Positions 43,975-61,222 of a stretch of 64,000 nt of DNA are shown in pieces. The translations under genes and the position numbers were made by a program. The notes under the pieces are model-generated. The model did not search any database. It was not told the DNA's origin and worked only from the letters and a program-made list of their open reading frames with translations. The DNA comes from Escherichia phage ECp13: sequence record PP274704.1. One strand, given 5' to 3'. The number at the start of each line of letters is the position of its first letter. Within the stretch, counting starts at the first letter, position 1.

Positions 43975-43975
<1 letters not shown>
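43727..43975 (-). CDS. 67: prohead core protein with an acidic D/E-rich tail
   Basis: 82 aa; poly-Asp/Glu C-terminus. Confidence 0.7.
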
Positions 43976-45600
<1,625 letters not shown>

Positions 45601-45610
45601 TTAAGCAGGA

Positions 45611-45626
45611 TGGGGATTTCTCCCCA
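45611..45626 (-). other. hairpin between genes 19 and 20
   Basis: TGGGGA-TTTC-TCCCCA. Confidence 0.4.
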
Positions 45627-45632
45627 TTCATT

Positions 45633-46124
45633 TTATTCCCAATAATCGAGAGCGAGAGTTACTTCAAAGGTTTGGATTTCATTGTTTGAATCCCAATCTA
45701 ACTGAAGTTCACCCACGTTAGTAGGCCACAGGCCTTTAATTTCGACTTCTTTTGTTACAGTTTTAGCGTCACGAGCATATTGGCGAACAACAGCGCTCTT
45801 TTTATACTCTGCTGGTTTTCCACCAGTAATTTCGTTCCCCTGCCCAGCGGCAATGCTTTGCCAATCAACAAACTTCTGACGAGCATCATGTGCCTCATCG
45901 TTCATTACTGTAACAGTCCAGTCATCGAATGTACGATCGCCTGCTACGTTAATTTTACGGTTCATAAATCCGACTGGAATTTTTTCTACAATACCAGCTG
46001 GTAAAGCAGTGGCTTTACATTGAAACGTAAAATTTTGTCCAAGATAAGAAATTTCTACTTGGAATAAGTTAGGTCGAGCAAAATCACCAGATTCAAACGC
46101 TCGTGTTACATCATCTACAAACAT
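45633..46124 (-). CDS. 19: tail tube protein
   Basis: 163 aa; synteny; late promoter upstream. Confidence 0.9.
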   Translation of the reverse strand: MFVDDVTRAFESGDFARPNLFQVEISYLGQNFTFQCKATALPAGIVEKIPVGFMNRKINVAGDRTFDDWTVTVMNDEAHDARQKFVDWQSIAAGQGNEITGGKPAEYKKSAVVRQYARDAKTVTKEVEIKGLWPTNVGELQLDWDSNNEIQTFEVTLALDYWE

Positions 46125-46138
46125 ATTAGCCTCTGTAG

Positions 46139-46146
46139 TATTTATA
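46139..46146 (-). promoter_or_regulatory. late promoter TATAAATA for gene 19 (proximal)
   Basis: Plus-strand TATTTATA 15 nt upstream of the gene 19 ATG. Confidence 0.55.
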
Positions 46147-46196
46147 TCCCTATGTTTAACCTAGGCATATAGAATTAAAGAATTAAGGATATAGTG

Positions 46197-46204
46197 TATT
46201 TATA
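46197..46204 (-). promoter_or_regulatory. second late promoter motif at the edge of the endonuclease cassette
   Basis: Plus-strand TATTTATA next to the 46206-46225 hairpin. Confidence 0.4.
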
Positions 46205-46205
46205 T

Positions 46206-46225
46206 GGCCTGCCGAAACAGGCCTT
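46206..46225 (-). other. hairpin at the 3' boundary of the endonuclease cassette
   Basis: GGCCTG-CCGAAA-CAGGCC. Confidence 0.4.
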
Positions 46226-46230
46226 TAGAA

Positions 46231-46848
46231 TCATTCTAGTAAATCCCAAAGATCTACACTATTTCTTTTTGATTTTTCTCGGTTAGATTCCCAAGTGATT
46301 ATTTCTAAATTATTAATACCGCCAATTATTTCAGCAGGAATTAAATTATCAAAACCGTATTTGATAGATACCTTATGATCAAGTTGGTAAGCACCTTTTG
46401 TACCGCACACTCCTATTTTATCAGCATTTGGCCATTTTGACCAAATTTTCTTATGCTTACGAGTTTCTTTATATACCAATGAAATATATTCACGCATTTC
46501 AGATTTATTTGGGTTCCATCTTGGATGATTTACGCCATGCATACATTCTACTGTTTTTCCTTTATTCGCGGAACCATATGAATTATTGCGCATTTTATCT
46601 TTATGACGGCAATCACGACAAATATCAGTGTTTCTTCCAATGCGTTGGTTATATTCAATTCCACATTTATCGCAACGGCATTTTACATACGCGGTATTAC
46701 CTTTAATGTCTTCAACTTTAACATCAATTTCATAATACCTAAATCCATGTTTAACCGCTCCAAGAGGTGTTAATTTATAACCCTTTGATTGATAATGTTT
46801 AAAATTTGATGGTACAATTTTCACTTTAACAAACTTAGAAATAATCAC
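46231..46848 (-). CDS. HNH-family endonuclease with an N-terminal Cys cluster; putative free-standing homing endonuclease
   Basis: 205 aa; GTG start with GAGGAAA ribosome-binding site; CRCDKCG...CRDCRH Cys cluster; HNH-like C-terminus (CGTKGAYQLDHKVSIKYG...NNLEIITWESNREK); AT-rich. Confidence 0.6.
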   Translation of the reverse strand: MIISKFVKVKIVPSNFKHYQSKGYKLTPLGAVKHGFRYYEIDVKVEDIKGNTAYVKCRCDKCGIEYNQRIGRNTDICRDCRHKDKMRNNSYGSANKGKTVECMHGVNHPRWNPNKSEMREYISLVYKETRKHKKIWSKWPNADKIGVCGTKGAYQLDHKVSIKYGFDNLIPAEIIGGINNLEIITWESNREKSKRNSVDLWDLLE

Positions 46849-46865
46849 TTGTTTCCTCGAGAATA

Positions 46866-46877
46866 GGGCCGAAGCCC
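46866..46877 (-). other. hairpin after gene 18, at the 5' boundary of the endonuclease cassette
   Basis: GGGC-CGAA-GCCC. Confidence 0.4.
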
Positions 46878-46886
46878 CATAATCAA

Positions 46887-48866
46887 TTAACCTGCAAGAC
46901 CAGTTAACTCATCGAAGTCTGCACCAGTAGCAGTTGCGACGAAATTCAAAGTAATATAATTTATACTGCGCGCCGGTTGGATGTAGAATGTTGCAACAAA
47001 CTCATTTCTATCAATTACTGACGGAGTGTTATTTGTTGTATCGCAAACTACACGATATTCATAAATTCCACCGAGAGCTTTAATTCCCTGCAAGTACTGG
47101 GAAGTTTCTGTGCGGAATGATGAACGAGTAAACGCGTTGTTTAATTCGAACAAACGATATTTTGAACTACGTCCGATATTCGTTTTCAACATATTAAACA
47201 GACGACGAACGTTAATACGATCAAATGGAGAAGGAACAGAAGTAGCTGTTTTATCACCATATAATACGTAACCATCACCACCTGTACCAGTTACTGGGTT
47301 GATAGCTTCTTGATATAAACGGTCGCGCTGAGCTTGGCGAGTTTCAATAGCAAGTTTAATAACGTTCAAAATTTGGCCACGATTATAACCAGCTGGAGAC
47401 ATCCAAGTCTGAGAAATGTTATCTGTTCTTGCGCATAAACCAGCAATATCAGCTGCTAATGGAACCCAACGATTTACATCATTATATTTGTCATACTGAT
47501 ACTTGTAGTTACCATCAATTGCTGCGTAGGTTGAACTGATATTAAAGTTATTATCAGTGTATGAACCTGCTGCGGTTCTCCAGTTGACTAAGTTATCAAC
47601 AGCACGAGTTACAGGAATTCCAACTACAGTTTCACGCGGTGGCGAGCACAGTACTAAGCAATCTTGGCGAGCATCCCCAATTGAAACGACGTGTTTTTGG
47701 ACAGTAGATGCTGTTTCTAAAGATTCACCGGCGCAAGAACCCGCAATAAACAACTGAACATCAACAGATTCGCGGTCAGCAAAGAAGTCCCAAGCTTCCA
47801 TCAAATCTCCTGCTGTTACTTCAGCATTTGACGATAATCCACCAGACAGAGTTAAAATTCCAGAGAAGCCTTCTGGCCAGTTTTGTGCAGTTGCAAAAAT
47901 ATATTCTGAACCGCCTTTTGCGAAAAAGTCATCAATGTAGATGTTACTATCGTAAATATCTTTTTCACCACGTTTTGTTGAAAGAACAACGCTTTGAACA
48001 ATAGCATCATTGCGACGAACTATAATAGCGTATTGTGAATCAGTTTGTGGTCCATATCCAAACACTGCTTTGGCAGTAGATGCACGTGTTCCGCCACCTG
48101 GATAAATCGGCAGTAATGCAGAAGCCCCTTTTGCGTAGTCAGCTTTAGATACAATTTCAATTTCAATTTTATCGCCCAACTCGCCTGGATAAAGAGCTAC
48201 TACTCCTGGAATTCCATATTTTTCGAGATTTGCCTGAAAGTCAACAGCTGTCATAGCAGCTTCGGCATTTTCAATTTCAGCTAATAAAATACCAGAATCA
48301 GTAATAATTTTTCCAAGAGTTATTACTGCAGCTAAACCAGATGAAGACGAAGAAATTTCCGCGGTCCAGTTAGAACCTAATTCTGGATATTCGCCTACTT
48401 CTTTCGCTTTAGCGATAATTTTTGCGGTAGGAATATTAATTTTCTTAATTTTTCCATCAGCATCTACTTCGGTAACTTTACATTCTGTTTCAACATCTTC
48501 TGAAACATACTTAACCGTGATTTTATCTCCAACCGCGTAGTTACTACCTGGTGTAGAAATAGTGTATTCAATATTACCGGCAATCGGAGATGAGTTTTTA
48601 GCGGTATCTCTATCGACAGCACGCACAACTCGCAAATCATTTCCGTATTGTAAGAAATTCATTGCAGACATAAAATAGTCAGCAGTTTCAGCTGTAGGTT
48701 GACCAAAAGTATTAACTAAATCTACTTCATTTGTAACCTGTTTAATTTGAAAAGCAGGACCCCACTGGAATTTACCGGCCAAAGCTGCTGTACCAGTAGA
48801 GTTATTAACCACGGTGCTTTGAACCGTAGTTTCTTTGAGCTCAATGCCCGGAGATAATAAAGTCAT
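46887..48866 (-). CDS. 18: tail sheath protein
   Basis: 659 aa; synteny and size. Confidence 0.95.
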   Translation of the reverse strand: MTLLSPGIELKETTVQSTVVNNSTGTAALAGKFQWGPAFQIKQVTNEVDLVNTFGQPTAETADYFMSAMNFLQYGNDLRVVRAVDRDTAKNSSPIAGNIEYTISTPGSNYAVGDKITVKYVSEDVETECKVTEVDADGKIKKINIPTAKIIAKAKEVGEYPELGSNWTAEISSSSSGLAAVITLGKIITDSGILLAEIENAEAAMTAVDFQANLEKYGIPGVVALYPGELGDKIEIEIVSKADYAKGASALLPIYPGGGTRASTAKAVFGYGPQTDSQYAIIVRRNDAIVQSVVLSTKRGEKDIYDSNIYIDDFFAKGGSEYIFATAQNWPEGFSGILTLSGGLSSNAEVTAGDLMEAWDFFADRESVDVQLFIAGSCAGESLETASTVQKHVVSIGDARQDCLVLCSPPRETVVGIPVTRAVDNLVNWRTAAGSYTDNNFNISSTYAAIDGNYKYQYDKYNDVNRWVPLAADIAGLCARTDNISQTWMSPAGYNRGQILNVIKLAIETRQAQRDRLYQEAINPVTGTGGDGYVLYGDKTATSVPSPFDRINVRRLFNMLKTNIGRSSKYRLFELNNAFTRSSFRTETSQYLQGIKALGGIYEYRVVCDTTNNTPSVIDRNEFVATFYIQPARSINYITLNFVATATGADFDELTGLAG

Positions 48867-48894
48867 TTTTAATCCTCTTTAATATGCTTTAATA

Positions 48895-52035
<3,141 letters not shown>

Positions 52036-52076
52036 GATTTCTCCTAATCTGGGCTTTAATTAGTTTATAATATTTA

Positions 52077-53778
<1,702 letters not shown>

Positions 53779-53791
53779 TTAAAAATCCTTT

Positions 53792-53805
53792 GGGCCTTGC
53801 GGCCC
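53792..53805 (-). terminator. terminator after wac
   Basis: GGGCC-TTGC-GGCCC hairpin; the minus-strand transcript then has a U-run. Confidence 0.5.
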
Positions 53806-53809
53806 CATG

Positions 53810-55267
53810 TTATGCTGGTGATAAAAAGGTAGAAAGTAATACCCATTCGCCGTCTTTACGAACGTAAGCTTGACCATCTTTTGGAGCTTCAGGAATATAA
53901 CCTGCTTCCTGTAAAGTCTGAACATCCGCCTGTAATGAAGATACATTACTTTTAATACTACGCATTTCTTGATTAATAGAAGAAATGTTAGTTTCATTAG
54001 CTTTTATTGAATTAGTTAATCCACGTTCTTCGACAGTTGAACCATTTGGATTTGTTCCATTTACTAATTTATTTAATGTTACAACCTGTCCTTTAATTCC
54101 GGAATTGTTATTACCAATTTCAACTTGCAAGTTTTGAACATCATTATTCAGTCTATTAACGGAAGTTTCAACAGTTGAAACTCTATTTAAAAGAGACCCA
54201 GGAGGAGAAGGTTGTCCACCGCTAGAATCAGTTCCAACAATTTGGTTTAACCACGAAACGTTTGCTCGTAGTCCAGATGAAGTGTTTTCACCTACAATTC
54301 CATTTAAAGACTCAATAGAGGTAGTATTATCTTTAATTTGACCTTTAATACTAGAAGGAATATCATCTGAGCCAATTGATGTTTCAATGACAGTTAATCG
54401 CTGTTTAACACCTCCGCTTTTATTTAGCTCATCAGTTAAAGCTGAAATTTCTCGTGTATTAGTGTTAACATCTGTGATTATTGAAGTATTTCCTGGATAT
54501 CCAATAGAAGTTTTGATAGATTTAATTTCGGAATTAAGATTAATTTGTGATTGATCTAAATTATGCACACGTGAATATATACTTTCACTAAATGAAGGTG
54601 GTCTTTGTCCTAATTCCTGTCTAAGATTTCCTACTTCGATTGTAAGCGAACCTACATCAGATTCAATAAATTTTTCTTCTAAATCACTTAGACGTATTCC
54701 TTGGGAAGTTATAGCATCTGTGTTATTAATAATACGATGCTTCATTCCCGTGCTGGTATTTCCTACAACAGGAAGACCATTAATATCTTGTCCAGCATAT
54801 TGTCCTAGTTCCCTTTTAATCCACAACAAATCATTTCTAATCGTTCTATAAACTGAATTTGCTTGCGAATTAAATGGGCCAATATCAGAAAGAATATTGT
54901 CAACCGTAGTATTTGTACCATTTAATATATCAGTATGTTCACTTGTGAGCGTCTTTAAACTTGATATATCATTTTTATTAACGCTGATTTGTGACAGTGC
55001 TTCTATATCTCCAGATACATCCAAAATGCCTTGAATTGTTTTAATATCTTCCTGAGATGTTTCAACAGCATCTTTAAGAATTCCTATATTTTCATCAAGA
55101 ACCTCAACATTTTTAAACACGGAAACAGTTGGTCTATTCATTGATCCATCGTTTCCATACTTAGTACTAGCTCCTAGTATTTCTTCACCATTTTTAATCC
55201 ATGAAATACGTTCCTGACCTTCGCCAGGAACGCTATCAACAAAAGGTAACTCTTTTAATTCAATCAT
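53810..55267 (-). CDS. wac: fibritin (whisker) protein
   Basis: 485 aa; coiled-coil heptad-rich sequence; C-terminal foldon-like [27 protein letters not shown]. Confidence 0.85.
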   Translation of the reverse strand: MIELKELPFVDSVPGEGQERISWIKNGEEILGASTKYGNDGSMNRPTVSVFKNVEVLDENIGILKDAVETSQEDIKTIQGILDVSGDIEALSQISVNKNDISSLKTLTSEHTDILNGTNTTVDNILSDIGPFNSQANSVYRTIRNDLLWIKRELGQYAGQDINGLPVVGNTSTGMKHRIINNTDAITSQGIRLSDLEEKFIESDVGSLTIEVGNLRQELGQRPPSFSESIYSRVHNLDQSQINLNSEIKSIKTSIGYPGNTSIITDVNTNTREISALTDELNKSGGVKQRLTVIETSIGSDDIPSSIKGQIKDNTTSIESLNGIVGENTSSGLRANVSWLNQIVGTDSSGGQPSPPGSLLNRVSTVETSVNRLNNDVQNLQVEIGNNNSGIKGQVVTLNKLVNGTNPNGSTVEERGLTNSIKANETNISSINQEMRSIKSNVSSLQADVQTLQEAGYIPEAPKDGQAYVRKDGEWVLLSTFLSPA

Positions 55268-55276
55268 TTGTAATCC

Positions 55277-56827
55277 TTAGTAATGAATTTTAATAATATA
55301 GTTTAATGATATATTCCATGGTCTAGTTTCATAACCAATTAATCCTTCACGATTAAGTGTACCAAGGGCATCTCTCGGTCCACCTAATTCAAATCCATCA
55401 TTAGTGAAGTATGAAGCATTATCCCAGTCGGCATATTTTCTAGTTCCAAGATATCCTTGATAAACGGACGCGCCAAATGGAGCTTCATGTCTTTGGTATT
55501 CTCCCCAGCCACCAGCATGTTTATGGTATGACATTTGTTGTGCCTGAACACCACCAACATGCATTCCGTCACATCCTACACCAAGTCTATCCTTCCCATA
55601 ACCATCTTGTCCGCGTTGATTTAAAATATGACCACCTGTGCCAGCTCCTCTGACGAAAAGACCTCGCATATCAGGAATGCCAGGATTATTCCAATCACCA
55701 CCAAATCTTGTTCCAACTGTGTTTCTATAATCAGGATATTGATCTCCTGACACGGTTCCACCATGGCACATAATCCAACCTGGAGGTGCAGAATCACCCG
55801 CAAACATCATAATAGTTCCAACTGGAACCCTTTCAGACGCATATCTTTCAGTGGCAACGGGTTGATCGCCATTTTTCCACATACCGCCGCGTGACCAAAT
55901 TCCATTTGCTGTAAGATGGTCTAAATTTAAAGAACCGTTAATAGTTTGTCCACCGCGAGTATTAATTACATCTGCGTTCCATGCTAATGCTCCAGAGCCA
56001 TCACCTTCGGGGGCAATACCGGCTTGCGTCGTTAATTTTACTACACCGCGCATAGAACCAGTAGCTCCTCGACCATTTAATGTTTCGCCTGTTACTGCAA
56101 CATCTCCCAAATTACTGTTAATTTCTGACTGCGTTCCTAAACGTATAACACCCTTATATTCTTGTGTTGCAACAGAATTCATAAAGGTATATGGGGAAAT
56201 TGCATATCCTTCGCGGAGAGTTCCTTGACGAGTTTGCGCAACAGTAGATAATTGAACTACACCTCTCACAGATTCTGATGCAGTATCTTCGGAAGGAGCT
56301 ATTTGTGAAATTAATTTTATTGCAAGTTTTTGCGTTTTTAATGGAGTCATTGCCGTAGTATCATCAACTCCAGCTAAAGCTGCAGGTGTAGATGATATTT
56401 TAATAACCCCGTTTGATGACTCAGACGAATATCTATTTTGGAATACATCGTCAGTATGGTATTTCAGTTTTTGCGGCGTTATTGATGAATTATTATCTGA
56501 GCCTTCTAAAGTTTCTTCATTTGTTGAATAGCGCGTTAAACCATATTTAGTTTCAGTAGCATTTGGATACAATAATCTTGTTGCTAATGTAGCGGGTGTA
56601 ACGATTTTAGAATTATTAGTTCCATCTAAAACTTCTTGCTCTGACGCAATCATTGCTATTCCTTTAACTTCCATAGTTGCATCAGGAATACCATTTACGC
56701 CAATATTACTTATTTTTGATAATGCAGACTGCACTGTCGTAACAGTGTCAGGAAAATTCGATCCTACTGGATCGAATTTAACATATTTTGATTCATTTGA
56801 TACGTGCTGATATGTATTGTTATTCAT
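55277..56827 (-). CDS. 12: short tail fibre protein
   Basis: 516 aa; synteny. Confidence 0.85.
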   Translation of the reverse strand: MNNNTYQHVSNESKYVKFDPVGSNFPDTVTTVQSALSKISNIGVNGIPDATMEVKGIAMIASEQEVLDGTNNSKIVTPATLATRLLYPNATETKYGLTRYSTNEETLEGSDNNSSITPQKLKYHTDDVFQNRYSSESSNGVIKISSTPAALAGVDDTTAMTPLKTQKLAIKLISQIAPSEDTASESVRGVVQLSTVAQTRQGTLREGYAISPYTFMNSVATQEYKGVIRLGTQSEINSNLGDVAVTGETLNGRGATGSMRGVVKLTTQAGIAPEGDGSGALAWNADVINTRGGQTINGSLNLDHLTANGIWSRGGMWKNGDQPVATERYASERVPVGTIMMFAGDSAPPGWIMCHGGTVSGDQYPDYRNTVGTRFGGDWNNPGIPDMRGLFVRGAGTGGHILNQRGQDGYGKDRLGVGCDGMHVGGVQAQQMSYHKHAGGWGEYQRHEAPFGASVYQGYLGTRKYADWDNASYFTNDGFELGGPRDALGTLNREGLIGYETRPWNISLNYIIKIHY

Positions 56828-57483
56828 GCTATTCTCTCAAAATAATAAAATACTGTAGGTTGTGTGTGACTATCTAGCGTGACAGTTTGCGCACCCAATA
56901 ATTGCCAAGTTCCATATCCGGGCTTAGAAGGAGAAATTATTTCTTGTTTGAAAGTAATTCCTTTATCAGAGTATTGTTCTAAGATATGTTCTTGGTTATC
57001 TAAATACTTAACTTGTATTTTATTTCCTATGGTAGGATGGTCTTCAAATGAATCAATTGCAATAAATTTTGCAACCATTTCCTGTAGAGCTGTTCTAACG
57101 GCACTTGTGAATTCGATTGAAGTCATTCCATTAGTAGCTTTAACAGGAATGCCAAACATGTTAACAATAACTGGGTCACCTGGTTTGGCTGAAGTATCAT
57201 TGACAGTTCCTTCAAATGACCAATAGTCTGTTTGCTGCACGCCAGTAGGAGATACGCCGCTTATATTAACTAATACAGCTCCAACTTGTTGCTCTGCCAT
57301 ATTTCTAACATCATTAATAGCTGATTCGACATTTGGGTCATAAAAACCTTTTGCTATTTGTGAAATTGTTACAGCGCCGACCGGTTGATTATTCATAACC
57401 GAAATATCATTTTTCTTAGTTCTAAAACCGAGAAAATCTGCTAAGCGGGAAATGACTCCCGCTTTATTATTAAGTAAACTCAT
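56824..57483 (-). CDS. 11: baseplate wedge / short tail fibre attachment protein
   Basis: 219 aa from the ATG at 57483 (the track ORF extends to 57501); the start overlaps the gene 10 stop. Confidence 0.85.
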   Translation of the reverse strand: MSLLNNKAGVISRLADFLGFRTKKNDISVMNNQPVGAVTISQIAKGFYDPNVESAINDVRNMAEQQVGAVLVNISGVSPTGVQQTDYWSFEGTVNDTSAKPGDPVIVNMFGIPVKATNGMTSIEFTSAVRTALQEMVAKFIAIDSFEDHPTIGNKIQVKYLDNQEHILEQYSDKGITFKQEIISPSKPGYGTWQLLGAQTVTLDSHTQPTVFYYFERIA

Positions 57484-59288
57484 TATGCAATCCTTATCCA
57501 ACGATATACAGTAATAGACGGTTGAATATTACTAATATTAGCAGGAGGAGTATGTGAAGAGTTTGTTGTTGCGTAATCTTCACGATATTTTGTATATATA
57601 GGACCAGTTTCATCTGGGTCATATTGGCAACCTCCAATAATAACCGATCCATTTTCGTCTTCAATTAAAACTCTTTCGTCGGTTTTAGTTGCAGGAAGAT
57701 TTGCGTTTTCAAGCGTTACTGATGTTGTTCCAACCGTTCCACCTGCCGTATGTGAAGGATTTCCGCTAGAATCTAAATCATTATTGTTTAAAGCAAAGTT
57801 TGGATCCGTAACATCATCATTCCATCCTACTAAAACTTGTCCTTTACCAAATAATTTCCATGAACCAAATCCCATATAAGTCACCGGATTATTTGGGTTT
57901 ATAGCATTTTCATAAATTGAACCAACAGGATAAATGCTGTCGAAAATAGATGATATTGAATTATACGTTCTAGTATAAGAATCAACTTTTTCAACATTTG
58001 GCCAACCGATTTTATCAAAATCTGTTAAGGCCACATCACCAGTAACTTCAGTAGATGATCCTTTACTAACATAGCGGTCATCAGTCAATTCAATAATGTC
58101 ATCTTTTTCTAAAAGAGTTCCTAAATCGTTATTGAACCATGTTATAACGATAATGTCACCGGATTCAAATTTTCTATCAAATAAAAGACTGATAGGTTTT
58201 CCGTCTTCATATTCTATAGAATAATCGGTGTTTGATTCTTTCCATTCGCCACCAAGAGATATACATCCTTCTTGCGTATCTGAATTAGCGCCTTCGCACA
58301 AAAACAGAGGATATCCAGCTGTTCCAGCCTGCTGCTGTAAAATTCCATTAAAACGAACCTCAAGAGAGTTCGGATTAATGGGTTCACCAGGAATTAATCC
58401 AAATGCAGAAAATGGAATTGATTTCATCGCCGATAAATCAGTAACATAAATGCTTCCTTCTAAAGAAGTCTTTGATGTTAGTTTTGAATCCAGTACTTTT
58501 ATTTGGCGTCTTGTATATGAACTTCTCCATTGTGATACACCATCCATAAATGTTTCAATTTGAACAGTGTCACCAATATTACAAGGCTGTCTTAATCGAA
58601 TATTAAATCCATCAAGAGGAACTAATTCGCCTTCATTTTCGCCCGGAGAGCCAAAGTCACTGTTTTCGCTAAATACATCGCCGTAATACAATTCGTTACC
58701 ACGATGTTTTACTCTGATGTTATTGACATTATAACTAGTTCCACGGAAAATATCTAAAAAGTCAGTTTGTCCTTGAACTTCAACTAAAAATTCTTTGCGA
58801 GCTACATTACTAATATCTGAACTAATAATTTTATCAATTTGCTTATTTTTGACATACTCCCAGCGTCCTGGAGCGCAATAAACGAGCTCTAAATCACTAA
58901 ATTGAATATTAATTTCAACTGACGATGACGACCCTTTAATTGTATCTCCGGAAGCAGCTACTAAAGTAACTGGATTGATGTTCCATGTAGCGAATACGTC
59001 TCTAGCTCTAATTACCTTGTTGTAATCATTAACAGTTCCTTTAGGAAGTTGTAGTGTTACTCTCCCAGACGAAGTATTAATAGCGTATGATTTTCCCCAT
59101 TCTGCCGTTAGTGTTTGCCCAGATGAAGCATTATAAGTTTTCCAGGCACCGGCTGAATATGGAACATTCCCATCACCAAGCTCATAATAAAGTTCATCAA
59201 AGTTTTCATTTATTTTTATACCACCTTTACGCAGGTAGTCACCGGTACCATCATCAACAACATTACCGATATTAATATTTTGTTTCAT
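57483..59288 (-). CDS. 10: baseplate wedge protein
   Basis: 601 aa; synteny. Confidence 0.85.
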   Translation of the reverse strand: MKQNINIGNVVDDGTGDYLRKGGIKINENFDELYYELGDGNVPYSAGAWKTYNASSGQTLTAEWGKSYAINTSSGRVTLQLPKGTVNDYNKVIRARDVFATWNINPVTLVAASGDTIKGSSSSVEINIQFSDLELVYCAPGRWEYVKNKQIDKIISSDISNVARKEFLVEVQGQTDFLDIFRGTSYNVNNIRVKHRGNELYYGDVFSENSDFGSPGENEGELVPLDGFNIRLRQPCNIGDTVQIETFMDGVSQWRSSYTRRQIKVLDSKLTSKTSLEGSIYVTDLSAMKSIPFSAFGLIPGEPINPNSLEVRFNGILQQQAGTAGYPLFLCEGANSDTQEGCISLGGEWKESNTDYSIEYEDGKPISLLFDRKFESGDIIVITWFNNDLGTLLEKDDIIELTDDRYVSKGSSTEVTGDVALTDFDKIGWPNVEKVDSYTRTYNSISSIFDSIYPVGSIYENAINPNNPVTYMGFGSWKLFGKGQVLVGWNDDVTDPNFALNNNDLDSSGNPSHTAGGTVGTTSVTLENANLPATKTDERVLIEDENGSVIIGGCQYDPDETGPIYTKYREDYATTNSSHTPPANISNIQPSITVYRWIRIA

Positions 59289-60154
59289 TATTGAGCCACC
59301 CCGATTTTCTGCGTAGCGATAACTTTAACTGCTGCTCTCATACCGACAGTTGAAGAACTTATAGTCGCCGTTACATAATTTTCTTTAATACTAAATGTAA
59401 TATTAGCGATTTCGTCTTCTTCGGTTTCATTCCCAACCCGCATGACAGCATATTCAGAAGAAATGACCGTTGAATTAACAGTATCTACAAGAATATTTAT
59501 TTCTGCCGTTTTAATTTTTCTTCCATCTACCGATTGACAAGTAACTAGCAATTTAGCCATATTGTATTCAGTACGATGAAATAATGGAATGTCAACTGAT
59601 CCAGATGTAGAAATATTCCATGTACCTTCGGCAGGTGATTCCTTTTGGCCAAACATACTTTCAATAGAATAATTCCAAACTGACGTAGAATTATCAGATG
59701 AAATACAGCGCAAAGTAACTTTACTATATGGACTAGTTACTACTAAATTACCTGAAACACCTTTTATTGAATCAATCGCTTGAATCGTTAAAGGATTAGT
59801 AACTGATATAGATCCATTTGAGTTAATAAATTCAACGCAGTCACCAAGTTCGCCTCTTTCAATGATAACTTTAACACCTACAGTAGAGGTATCAATATCA
59901 TGCCTAGTGCCAACTTTTACTGGAGTTGCGTACTCTGCAATAGAGTGTTTTTGATAATATCCAGTAGCATGAATAATTTGGCCATCTGCTCCGGTGCCAT
60001 TTGCTACTGCCATTTTGCGCTGATCGCCAAACGCATTATAAATTGCGTTAAAATCACTATTAATTTTATTACCACCGTCGAATAAGATATCACCAGTAGA
60101 AGCGTTACCAATTTCGCCGGTATCAATCAATTTCTTTGGTTCTTGAATGAACAT
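59288..60154 (-). CDS. 9: baseplate wedge / long tail fibre socket protein
   Basis: 288 aa; late promoter upstream. Confidence 0.85.
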   Translation of the reverse strand: MFIQEPKKLIDTGEIGNASTGDILFDGGNKINSDFNAIYNAFGDQRKMAVANGTGADGQIIHATGYYQKHSIAEYATPVKVGTRHDIDTSTVGVKVIIERGELGDCVEFINSNGSISVTNPLTIQAIDSIKGVSGNLVVTSPYSKVTLRCISSDNSTSVWNYSIESMFGQKESPAEGTWNISTSGSVDIPLFHRTEYNMAKLLVTCQSVDGRKIKTAEINILVDTVNSTVISSEYAVMRVGNETEEDEIANITFSIKENYVTATISSSTVGMRAAVKVIATQKIGVAQ

Positions 60155-60178
60155 AGCGGTTTCCTTATGAGTTTATAG

Positions 60179-60186
60179 TATTTATA
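60179..60186 (-). promoter_or_regulatory. late promoter TATAAATA for gene 9
   Basis: Plus-strand TATTTATA 25 nt upstream of the gene 9 ATG. Confidence 0.6.
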
Positions 60187-60193
60187 AAGAAAA

Positions 60194-60213
60194 AGGGAGC
60201 CCATGGGCTCCCT
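60194..60213 (-). terminator. terminator after gene 8
   Basis: AGGGAGCCC/GGGCTCCCT palindrome followed on the minus strand by a T-run running into the gene 9 late promoter. Confidence 0.6.
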
Positions 60214-60217
60214 TAAT

Positions 60218-61222
60218 TTAAAATGTAAACAGAATATTGATTTCTTCTGTTTGATCCATTGCCATGATAATAGGTGGCCTATTTTCCATATAAATCATTT
60301 CGCCCGAATGCCTCATTAAATCTTCCGGATCATAATAATCCTTTTCAGCTTTAACGTTTGGGTCATTTGGATGAACTTTAGCTTCAAGAGGATTGGTGAT
60401 TATTGATATTTGTCTAAATCCTTTATTTCCCGGTAATGCAGCATCAGGAAAGTAAACTGAATCTAAATATGCTTTAAAACGGATAGTATTTGCCTTAACG
60501 CGATAAATTAATCCAAAATCATCTTGTTGCCATGTGAGATTATCTTCATACCCCCATCTAGCCGGGTCTTCTTTTAATTCCTCAGGCCAAGGAACCACGA
60601 TATATTCATTCGTGCATCTATTTATAGATACATCAGGCGGAATCTCAAAAAGATATTCCCAAACATATCCGTCTCCGGGTTCGATTGTTCCTTCAGCGTC
60701 TCCTCGACCTTCAGGAGGAGTCATTGACCTAACAGAAGGAGTCCATTTTCCACCTAACTTAAGACATTCATCCTTATTAGTTAAAGATGCTATTGAACAC
60801 GTTCCGGTATCAGGAACATCTAAACAACGATATACTAACCAGCCTGCGCCTGATTCAGTAGCGTTGTAAGGAGCTGAGTTACACACTACAATATCGTTAA
60901 TTCTAAATGTGTATGGATCCGGATATCTCGTATCTCCCCAATCTCTACGAGGAATAACTGCATCAAGCATAGATGGAAGAACCTTTACGGTTCCCATCAT
61001 ATGAGTCCACATGTCAGTTACACCCAATACAGAATCAGTTGGATAAGGTGGAGCAAAGCCCACCTCATTTTCATTTGATGACCACGGTTCTGATCTTCCA
61101 AATGTGATAAAGATAGTGTTTTTATCCGGACCACTCCCAATTGAATTATAAAAATTCAACATTTTTTCTGTTCTAAATTTTGAAGTAACTATCGCACGAT
61201 AGATAACACTTGAATCATTCAT
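60218..61222 (-). CDS. 8: baseplate wedge protein
   Basis: 334 aa; synteny. Confidence 0.85.
   Translation of the reverse strand: MNDSSVIYRAIVTSKFRTEKMLNFYNSIGSGPDKNTIFITFGRSEPWSSNENEVGFAPPYPTDSVLGVTDMWTHMMGTVKVLPSMLDAVIPRRDWGDTRYPDPYTFRINDIVVCNSAPYNATESGAGWLVYRCLDVPDTGTCSIASLTNKDECLKLGGKWTPSVRSMTPPEGRGDAEGTIEPGDGYVWEYLFEIPPDVSINRCTNEYIVVPWPEELKEDPARWGYEDNLTWQQDDFGLIYRVKANTIRFKAYLDSVYFPDAALPGNKGFRQISIITNPLEAKVHPNDPNVKAEKDYYDPEDLMRHSGEMIYMENRPPIIMAMDQTEEINILFTF

Larger units (their letters stand above)
46200..46886 (-). mobile_element. inserted endonuclease cassette between genes 18 and 19
   Basis: Genes 18 and 19 are not separated by a gene in T4 as I recall it; the cassette is bracketed by hairpins at 46206-46225 and 46866-46877. 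Confidence 0.4.

Noticed and set aside
46200-46886. Reading the endonuclease cassette as a host-derived island carrying a defence system
   Set aside because: It is a single ORF with HNH-type motifs in phage-like AT-rich context, with no partner genes.
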